Shown in pieces: positions 57,106 through 64,000 of a stretch of DNA of 64,000 nt (its first letter is position 1; the number at the start of each line of letters is the position of its first letter). The stretch lies in NCBI GenBank assembly GCA_964545915.1, contig CAZJHQ010000001.1:47641-111640 (forward strand), read 5' to 3'. The position numbers and the translations under genes are program-made. The DNA is from an uncultured Candidatus Kuenenia sp. GTDB taxonomy: Bacteria > Planctomycetota > Planctomycetia > Pirellulales > UBA1268. The notes under the pieces are model-generated. The model ran no database searches. It was not told the DNA's origin and saw only the letters and a program-made list of their open reading frames with translations.

Positions 57106-57789
57106 ATGGTAAGCCGCCCGTGCGACGCACAGCCTGCCGCCTCTGGAGACCATCCCGTGATCCATCCGTATTCCTTCGCATGTCGTCTGGTCCTGATCGG
57201 CTCGGTCGCGTGCATGACCGTCGTGCCGCATCGCTTCGGCTTGGCCGCGGCCGAGCGGGCCGATGGGGCCGGGCTCACGGAAATTTTCAACGGCCGGGAC
57301 TTCACCGGCTGGAAACTGCCCGCGGAACCATACTGGCGCGTGGAAGACGGCGCGATCGTCGGCGAAAGCGACGAGGCGAAGAAGGGCTCGATGCTCTACA
57401 CCGAGAAGACCTATGCCGACGTCGATTTCGAGACGGAGTTCCGCTTTCATGGGGAAGTGGACAGCGGCGTCATGATGCGCAAGCCGGAGGTCCAGGTGCA
57501 GATCGGCATCTCGCGAAGCCTGAAGCGCGACATGACCGGCTCGTTCTACGTCGGCAAGTATCCCGAGGAGGCGCAGGCGAAGCGGGCCGGTGAACTTCTC
57601 AAGCCCGGCGCGTGGAACCGGCTTCGGATCGTCGCCCGCGGCGACACGTTCACCGTGTGGCTCAATGGCGAGCAGGTGTCGACGTACACCGCGCCCGCCC
57701 ATCGGGAGCCGGCACCGATCGGCCTCCAGGTCCACAGGGACTTGCGGATGAAGGTCGAGTTCCGCAACCTGAAGGTTGGGGAGCCCTGA
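57106..57789 (+). CDS. DUF1080 (3-keto-disaccharide hydrolase-like) domain protein
   Basis: FNGRDFTGWK...WRVEDGAIVG...GLQVH...VEFRNLKV pattern, with a signal-like N-terminus. Confidence 0.75.
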   Translation: MVSRPCDAQPAASGDHPVIHPYSFACRLVLIGSVACMTVVPHRFGLAAAERADGAGLTEIFNGRDFTGWKLPAEPYWRVEDGAIVGESDEAKKGSMLYTEKTYADVDFETEFRFHGEVDSGVMMRKPEVQVQIGISRSLKRDMTGSFYVGKYPEEAQAKRAGELLKPGAWNRLRIVARGDTFTVWLNGEQVSTYTAPAHREPAPIGLQVHRDLRMKVEFRNLKVGEP

Positions 57790-57806
57790 CATCGAAGCCC
57801 GCAGCC

Positions 57807-58862
57807 TCAGCGGGGGGGCGACGGCTGTCCGGCGGGCGCGACCTGCTTGAGAAGGCGGAAGATGTCGCTGTCGGTGGTGAGGATCAGCGTGCTGTCGGCC
57901 CCCAGCGCCGTGCGGTAGGTGTCGAGCGTCTTCTGGAAGGCGTAGAAGTCGGCCGCCCGCGGGCTCGCCGTGTAGCCGCGGGCGTAGATCTCCGAGGCCT
58001 GGGCATCGGCCGTGCCCTTGATCTGCTGCACTTTCCGGTAGGCGTCGGACTGGATCCGCCGCAGGTCGAGCTCCTTGCGGCCCTCGATCTTCGCCGCCTC
58101 GCCGGCCCCCTCGGACCGAAACCGCTCCGCGATCTGCATCCGCTCGGAGATCATGCGGTCGTAGATCTTCTCGATCACGCCCGCCTTGTAGTTGAGCCGC
58201 TTGACCCGCACATCGAGCAACTCGATGCCCCAGAGGTGCATCTTCGGGGCGGCGGCCGTGAAGATCTCCCGCTCCAGCTCCTTGCGGCCGAAGCGGATCG
58301 GCGCCAGACCGCCCAGCGTTGCGCCGGCCTGGGCGAGGGCTGCGTCCTGTTCGGGCATACGTCCCTTGTCGGAGCGGACGAGCTCCACCAGGTCGTGGCG
58401 GGCGACGACGTTTCGTGTCTCGCTGCCGATGATGTCGTCGATCCGCGACATGGCGCTGCGCTCGTCGCGCAGGCTCTGGAAATAGACGAGCGGATCGACG
58501 ATCCGCCAGCGGGCGAACGTATCGACGACGATGTACAGCTTGTCGCGCGTGGTCATCTCGCTCGGCGGCCCGTCCCACTCGAGGATCCGCTTCTCGAAGC
58601 GATTGGCCGTCTGCACGAAGGGAATCTTGAAGTGCAGCCCCGCGCCGGGCCGGGCGTCCGGGGCGTTGGAATTGATCGGCCGGCCGACCGGGCTTCCGAA
58701 CTGGGTGATCACGACCTGCTCCGTCTGGTCCACGGTGTAGGCGCAGCCGAAGATCACGATCGCCGCGGCCACGGCGGCGACGACACCTGCCGGCGAGACG
58801 AGGAAGTCGCCGACCCGACGGGCGAATTGGAGCAGCGGATGGTTGATGGGCAGCGGGCTCAC
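57807..58862 (-). CDS. hflC: SPFH/band-7 protease modulator HflC
   Basis: N-terminal TM plus SPFH domain. Overlaps the upstream HflK gene by 4 nt. Confidence 0.8.
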   Translation of the reverse strand: MSPLPINHPLLQFARRVGDFLVSPAGVVAAVAAAIVIFGCAYTVDQTEQVVITQFGSPVGRPINSNAPDARPGAGLHFKIPFVQTANRFEKRILEWDGPPSEMTTRDKLYIVVDTFARWRIVDPLVYFQSLRDERSAMSRIDDIIGSETRNVVARHDLVELVRSDKGRMPEQDAALAQAGATLGGLAPIRFGRKELEREIFTAAAPKMHLWGIELLDVRVKRLNYKAGVIEKIYDRMISERMQIAERFRSEGAGEAAKIEGRKELDLRRIQSDAYRKVQQIKGTADAQASEIYARGYTASPRAADFYAFQKTLDTYRTALGADSTLILTTDSDIFRLLKQVAPAGQPSPPR

Positions 58863-59857
58863 GGCTGGGCCCTTGCGGGGGTGGGCTCGGGCGGGCGGAG
58901 ATTCATCAGTGGCAAAAACTGCCGGGCGTCGGCGTCGAGGATGATCTTGCCGCCGAGCCGCGGAATCACGTCGGCCATCGTCTCCAGGTACAGCCGCTGC
59001 CGCGTGACCTCGGGAGCCTTCTCGTACTGCTCGAGCAGGGCGCGGAAACGGGCCACGTCCCCCTCGGCCTCGTTGACCCGCTTGAGCGCGTAGCCCTCGG
59101 CGGCGCTGATCTCCTTGGCCGCCTCGCCGCTGGCCCGGGGGACCACCTTGTTGTATTCGCCGTTGGCCTGGTTGATCATCTGCTCCCGCTCCTGCTGGGC
59201 GCGGTTGACCTCGTCGAATGACCGCTGCACCGGCGCCGGCGGATGCACGTTCTTGAGCTGCACCTGCTGGACGCGGAGCCCCATCCGCAGGTCCTGCACG
59301 AGCGCCGTGAGCTTGGCGATGGCGTCGTTCTCGATCCCTTGGCGGCCGATCGTCAGCACCTCGTCGACGGTCCGGTCGCCGACCACCTCCCGCATCACGC
59401 TTTCGGCGAGGTCGCGGAGCGTGGGGCCCGGCTCACGCATGTTGAACAGATACGCCTCGGGATCGGAAATCTCGTACTGCACGACCCACTCGACGTGGGC
59501 GGCGTTGAGGTCACCCGTGACCATGTCGCTCTCACGGCGGCCCTCCTGCGACACCTGGTCGGGGTTCGTGGCCCCCGACGAGCCGAAGCCAAACTCCATC
59601 TTCAACTGCCGCTTCACCGGCAGGATCGTCACCCGGTCGATGCCGAAGGGCAGCTTGAGATGTAGGCCCGGGCCGGTCACGCCGACGAACCGGCCGAACC
59701 GCTGCACCACGCCCACGCTCTCCGTGCCCACGGTGTAGATACCACGGGCCAGCCCGGCGACGAGGAGCGCGGCGAGGGCGGCCGCGGCTACCCACGGCAG
59801 GGAGAAGCCGCCGGGGGGGAGGGATGGACGGCGGGGAAATGGCGGGAAATCCGGCAT
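58859..59857 (-). CDS. hflK: SPFH/band-7 protease modulator HflK
   Basis: TM, then YTVGTESVGVVQRFGRF...PGLHLKLPFGIDRV. Classic HflK-HflC gene pair. Confidence 0.8.
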   Translation of the reverse strand: MPDFPPFPRRPSLPPGGFSLPWVAAAALAALLVAGLARGIYTVGTESVGVVQRFGRFVGVTGPGLHLKLPFGIDRVTILPVKRQLKMEFGFGSSGATNPDQVSQEGRRESDMVTGDLNAAHVEWVVQYEISDPEAYLFNMREPGPTLRDLAESVMREVVGDRTVDEVLTIGRQGIENDAIAKLTALVQDLRMGLRVQQVQLKNVHPPAPVQRSFDEVNRAQQEREQMINQANGEYNKVVPRASGEAAKEISAAEGYALKRVNEAEGDVARFRALLEQYEKAPEVTRQRLYLETMADVIPRLGGKIILDADARQFLPLMNLRPPEPTPARAQP

Positions 59858-59981
59858 GGCAGCGAGACTACCCTCGCGCCGGCAGTCCGTCGAATCGCGG
59901 TTTCAACGGCGGCGCCATGCGGGACCCCGGCGGACGCGATATCGTGGCGGCACCGCCCGCAGCCCCCTCTCGGAGAATCCC

Positions 59982-61001
59982 ATGCCCCCCGTCGCCCGCA
60001 TCCTCGTGCCGATCCTGTGGCTGGTCGCCGCCGTGGCCACGGCCGCGGATTCCTCGCTCACCTTGCCCGGCGGGGAGGGGCCGGGCAAGGGCAAGAAGAT
60101 CGTGCTTGTTAGCGGCGACGAGGAGTACCGCAGCGAGGAGGCGCTCACGCAACTCGGCAGGATCCTCGCCCGGCACCACGGCTTCGACTGCACGGTCCTG
60201 TATGCCATCGACCCGGCGACCGGCGATATCTCCCCCGACACCGTCGACAATATCCCCGGTCTGGAGGCGCTGCGGACGGCCGACCTGATGGTGATCGCGA
60301 CGCGGTTCCGCAACCTCCCCGACGAGCAGATGCGGGAGATCGACGCCCACCTGCGGGCCGGCAGACCCGTGGTCGGCATGCGGACCGCGACGCATGCGTT
60401 CAACATTCCCGCGGGGCGGGCCTTCCACCATTACTCGTGGAACCACCAGGGCGAGGCGATGCCGCAGGGCTTCGGCCGCCAGGTGCTCGGCGAGACCTGG
60501 ATTTCGCACCACGGCCACCATGGCAAGGAGAGCACGCGGGGCCTGGTGGCGCCGGGGGCCGCGGATCATCCGATCCTTCGCGGCATCAACGACGGCGACA
60601 TCTGGGGCCCGACCGACGTGTACGGCGTGCGGCTGCCGCTGCCCGGCGACGCGCGGCCGTTGGTCCTCGGCCAGGTGCTCTCCGGCATGCAGCCCGGCTC
60701 GGCGGCCGTCGTGGGCCCGAAGAACGAGCCGATGATGCCGGTGGCCTGGACGAAGACCTACTCGGTCGCGGGCGGTCCGACCGGCCGCGTGTTCGCGACG
60801 ACGATGGGGGCGGCGACCGACATGGTGGCCGCCGGCACCCGGCGGCTGCTCGTGAACGGCTGCTATTGGGCCGTGGGGCTCGAGGGGCGGATCCCGGCGG
60901 CGGCAAACGTCGATCTCGTCGGCGAGTTCGTGCCGACGGCGTTCAGTTTCAACGGGGGGCGGAAGGGCGTGAAGCCGGCGGACTTGCGGAACGTGCCATA
61001 A
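59982..61001 (+). CDS. ThuA-like (class I glutamine amidotransferase-fold) secreted protein
   Basis: Signal peptide MPPVARILVPILWLVAAVATA. KKIVLVSGDEEYRSEE...DLMVIATRF pattern typical of ThuA-domain proteins (from memory). Confidence 0.55.
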   Translation: MPPVARILVPILWLVAAVATAADSSLTLPGGEGPGKGKKIVLVSGDEEYRSEEALTQLGRILARHHGFDCTVLYAIDPATGDISPDTVDNIPGLEALRTADLMVIATRFRNLPDEQMREIDAHLRAGRPVVGMRTATHAFNIPAGRAFHHYSWNHQGEAMPQGFGRQVLGETWISHHGHHGKESTRGLVAPGAADHPILRGINDGDIWGPTDVYGVRLPLPGDARPLVLGQVLSGMQPGSAAVVGPKNEPMMPVAWTKTYSVAGGPTGRVFATTMGAATDMVAAGTRRLLVNGCYWAVGLEGRIPAAANVDLVGEFVPTAFSFNGGRKGVKPADLRNVP

Positions 61002-61251
61002 ATCCCGGCGGGCCGCCAAAACGTCGCTCGGTCTTCTGGGCAACCGCCGGGATTCGCCCGCAAGCACAGCTCGCGAGATTTCGCTGCCGACCTGACGGCG
61101 GCTTCACCGATCCGCGGAGCCCGGACGGACGCCGCGGCTTACCCAGACCACCCGGCTTTCGTGACCGACATTCGACGTGCGCCAGTCACGACCGGCACGA
61201 CCGGCAGTCGAAATCCCAGTCGAGACGTTCCACAGGGAGGGATTTGCCGAG

Positions 61252-62481
61252 ATGATCGCTTATTGGGATCGTGAGGCTCGTGCGTCCTTGGGCTTCGCCT
61301 GCCTCCTCGCCTGCCTCGCAGGCCTCGCCGCCCCGGCGATCGGCAGGGCCGAGGGCTACCTGATCGAAGACGGCGGCCTGCGGGCACCGTCGGCCTACGA
61401 CAAAGGCTACGCCGGCGAATCGGTGCTCGTCAGTCCCGCGGGCCCGGGCTCGTTCGAGTCGCTCGACGAGCAAGTGTCGGCACCGGGTGAGACGGACGAA
61501 ACCGTGAATCCTGACGGCTCCGGGGCGGATTGGTTGACTGTCGGCTGCACCGCGTGCGGCGGCCAGGGCTGCGGCCGATGCAGCGATGGCGCGGGCCTCT
61601 TCCAGCGGTTGTGCGGCGACGCCTGGCCTCGCTGGGTGGTGCAGATCGACGCACTTATGCTCTGGCAGGGCAACATTGCGAGCCGGCCGCTGTTCGTCAA
61701 CGGTGCCGGGTTCACGGCGCTCGACGCCAACCAGGCCCAAACGCCAATGTCGGCCGGACCGCGAGTCGGCCTCTTCTACTTCATCAATGAGACGCACGCC
61801 ATCGAGGGAAACTACTTCAACGTCCGACCGTTCGACGGCGAGGCCACGGCGCTACCCGGCCAGGCGCTCACCGCACGCAGTCTCGCCGGCTTCAGCCTGA
61901 CAGGCCTCGACGGCGCCCAGGTGTTCACCAACGGTGCGATCCAGAGCGCCGAACTGAACTGGCGGCGCCGAGAATGCTGGTGCCCGGTGACCTGGCTGGC
62001 CGGCTTCCGCTGGGTGGAGTGGAACCAACAGATGCGGATCACCGAGCATGCAGGAGGGCCCATCGGCTCGTTCTTCTCCGAAACCGGCAACGACCTGTAT
62101 GGCGGCCAGGGTGGCATGGAGCTCGGCCTTTGGAACGCCGGCGGGCCGTTTACAGTCAACGGCATCGGTAAGGCGGGGGCGTTCTACAACAACGCCTATC
62201 AGCGGACCTCGTACACAGACCCGGCCTTCACCTCGGCGGCCGCCGCGTCGGTGGATCGCATCGCATTCTTCGGAGAGCTCGGCGTCAACGGGAACTTGCG
62301 GCTCACCGACTCGCTCTCGTGGCGGCTGGGCTACTCCCTGTTCTGGCTGAGCGGCGTGGCTATCCCGGCCAACCAGCTCTCGACGACGAACCTTGCCGCC
62401 GTGCCGCCCACCGCCACGATCAACACGAACGGGAGCGTGCTCCTGCACGGCGCGACGACGGGCCTGGAGGCCCGCTGGTAG
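61252..62481 (+). CDS. Outer-membrane beta-barrel protein (BBP7-like)
   Basis: Signal peptide, alternating beta-strand pattern and aromatic C-terminus (...TTGLEARW). Confidence 0.5.
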   Translation: MIAYWDREARASLGFACLLACLAGLAAPAIGRAEGYLIEDGGLRAPSAYDKGYAGESVLVSPAGPGSFESLDEQVSAPGETDETVNPDGSGADWLTVGCTACGGQGCGRCSDGAGLFQRLCGDAWPRWVVQIDALMLWQGNIASRPLFVNGAGFTALDANQAQTPMSAGPRVGLFYFINETHAIEGNYFNVRPFDGEATALPGQALTARSLAGFSLTGLDGAQVFTNGAIQSAELNWRRRECWCPVTWLAGFRWVEWNQQMRITEHAGGPIGSFFSETGNDLYGGQGGMELGLWNAGGPFTVNGIGKAGAFYNNAYQRTSYTDPAFTSAAAASVDRIAFFGELGVNGNLRLTDSLSWRLGYSLFWLSGVAIPANQLSTTNLAAVPPTATINTNGSVLLHGATTGLEARW

Positions 62482-64000
62482 CCGCCGCGGCGGCGCGGAA
62501 CGCCTCCAGCGCCTCGCCGGTGTGGCTCCGCAGCAGGTCGCCGGTGCCGCCGCCGGCCTCCTGCTGCCGCCAGCGGCGGGCGTGGATCACAAGATCCTCC
62601 GGGGGCCCCTCGGCCACGATCCGGCCGCCGCCCGCCCCCGCCTCGGGACCCATGTCGAGCACCCAGTCGGCCGCCTCGATGACCTCCAGGTTGTGCTCGA
62701 CAACGAGCACCGTGTTGCCCGCGTCCACCAGCCGCTCGAGCACGTGGAGGAGCTTCTCGATGTCGGCGAAGTGCAGGCCCGTCGTCGGCTCGTCGAGGAT
62801 GTAGAGGGTGCTGCCGGTGCCCGGCTTGGCAAGCTCACGGGACAGCTTCACCCGCTGGGCCTCGCCGCCGGAGAGCTGGGGGGCCGGCTGGCCGAGCGTC
62901 ACGTAGCCGAGGCCGACGTCCACCAGCGTGGACAGGATCCGCGCGATCGGCGGCACCGGCGTGAAGAACGCCGCGGCGTCGGCGACGCTCATCTCCAACA
63001 CGTCGGCGATGCTCTTCCCATGCCACTTCGCGTGGAGCGTTTCGGCGGAGTAGCGGCGGCCCTTGCAGGCCTCGCACTCCACCCACACGTCCGGCAGGAA
63101 GTGCATCTCCACCCGGCGTTGCCCGAGTCCCTCGCAGGCCTCGCAACGGCCACCGGCGACGTTGAAGGAGAACGTCCGCGGCGTGAACCCGCGGGTCCGG
63201 GCCTCGGGCACCTTGGCGTACAGCTGGCGGATGTGATCGAAGACGCCGGTGTAGGTGGCCGGCGTGGATCCCGGCGTGGAGCCGATCGCCTCCTGATCCA
63301 CGAGGATCACCCGATCGATCGCTTCCAGCCCCTTCACGGCCGCGTGCCGTCCCGGCTGCTCGCGGGCCGCGTGCAGCCGGCGGGCCGCCGCCCGCCACAG
63401 CACCTCGAGCACCAGCGACGTCTTGCCGCTGCCGCTGGGGCCCGTGACCGCCGCCAGCACCCCCAGCGGAAACCGCACGTCGAGGCCGCGCAGGGTGCGG
63501 TGGGCGATGCCGCGGACCTCGATCCAGCCGGCCGGCTCGCGGCGGCCCCGCGCCTGCTTTCGCGCGAGCACCGCATCGCAGGCCCGCTTGTCCGCCAGAT
63601 ACGGACCGGTGACGCTCGCCTTCATCCCGGCCAGCTTCGCAGGTGGTCCGTGGGCCACGATCGTGCCCCCGTCGCGACCGCTGCCGGGACCGAAGTCGAC
63701 CGCCTCATCGGCCGCCGCCACCACGTCGCGGTCGTGCTCGACCACGACCACCGTGTTGCCGAGGTCGCGGAGCTTGCCCAACGCCGCGACGAGCCGGTGG
63801 GTGTCGCGCGGATGCAGGCCGATCGTCGGCTCGTCGAGCACGTACAGCACGCCGGTCAGCCCGCTGCCCACCTGGGCGGCGAGGCGAATCCGCTGCAGTT
63901 CGCCGCCGGAGAGGCTGCCCGCCGGCCGGGCCAGGTCGAGATAGTCGAGGCCCACGTCGACGAGGAAGGCCGTCCGATTGGTGAGTTCGCGGAGCAGGTC
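62420..64000 (-). CDS. uvrA: Excinuclease ABC subunit A (UvrA), C-terminal part; the gene continues beyond the window
   Basis: ABC signature LSGGELQRIRLA and LSGGEAQRVKLS, Walker B LYVLDEPT and LYILDEPT, and zinc finger CEACEGLG...CEACKGRR. Confidence 0.95.
   Translation of the reverse strand, partial: DLLRELTNRTAFLVDVGLDYLDLARPAGSLSGGELQRIRLAAQVGSGLTGVLYVLDEPTIGLHPRDTHRLVAALGKLRDLGNTVVVVEHDRDVVAAADEAVDFGPGSGRDGGTIVAHGPPAKLAGMKASVTGPYLADKRACDAVLARKQARGRREPAGWIEVRGIAHRTLRGLDVRFPLGVLAAVTGPSGSGKTSLVLEVLWRAAARRLHAAREQPGRHAAVKGLEAIDRVILVDQEAIGSTPGSTPATYTGVFDHIRQLYAKVPEARTRGFTPRTFSFNVAGGRCEACEGLGQRRVEMHFLPDVWVECEACKGRRYSAETLHAKWHGKSIADVLEMSVADAAAFFTPVPPIARILSTLVDVGLGYVTLGQPAPQLSGGEAQRVKLSRELAKPGTGSTLYILDEPTTGLHFADIEKLLHVLERLVDAGNTVLVVEHNLEVIEAADWVLDMGPEAGAGGGRIVAEGPPEDLVIHARRWRQQEAGGGTGDLLRSHTGEALEAFRAAAAATSGPPGPSSRRAGARSRSC

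Noticed and set aside
62420-62481. 62-bp convergent overlap between the outer-membrane barrel gene and uvrA, considered as a regulatory antisense arrangement.
   Set aside because: The last ~20 codons of the UvrA ORF (…AAAATSGPPGPSSRRAGARSRSC) look like non-conserved extension in GC-rich DNA. The overlap is most simply explained by late stop codons.

Overview
High-GC bacterial chromosome segment. The lineage looks Planctomycetota-like, inferred from an LEPR-motif secreted repeat protein, a BBP7-type outer-membrane barrel and DUF1080/ThuA-type proteins. Ordinary chromosomal genes occupy about 0.5-15.4 kb and 57.1-64 kb. The first block holds an exonuclease-like protein, a Gfo/Idh/MocA oxidoreductase, a rhomboid protease, an MMPL/RND transporter, secreted proteins and a multidomain S1C protease. 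The second holds a DUF1080 protein, HflK/HflC, a ThuA-like protein, an outer-membrane barrel and UvrA. Between them lies about 41 kb of accessory DNA at a tRNA-Met(CAT) gene (56958-57030, minus strand). It has two parts. (i) An apparently intact integrative element of about 36 kb (21006-56955). It is bounded by an exact 15-bp direct repeat of the tRNA 3' end (20991-21005 and 56956-56970). It carries a tyrosine integrase, an excisionase, its own replication module (AEP-like primase, SF3-like helicase, family A DNA polymerase), a dyad-symmetric iteron array, a Cas4-like nuclease, a Type III-like R-M pair and a Type I CBASS (CD-NTase + patatin). It also carries several uncharacterised clusters that are candidate new defence or accessory systems: DUF1257/DUF2997/AAA+; Zn-ribbon-DUF4145 + HNH in a duplication-flanked hotspot; and a large HNH protein + membrane protein + secreted EEP nuclease. 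(ii) To its left (about 15.6-21.0 kb) is a decayed older island. It contains a HigBA-like TA cassette flanked by 62-bp repeats, an IS91-family transposase abutting a 5'-truncated HipA kinase, an IS3 fragment, DUF433/truncated PIN-like genes and an integrase C-terminal remnant ending at the att repeat. No CRISPR array or rRNA was seen. Many long ORFs in the track are antisense shadows of real genes, as expected at high GC. All family assignments come from motif recognition by eye, not from database searches.
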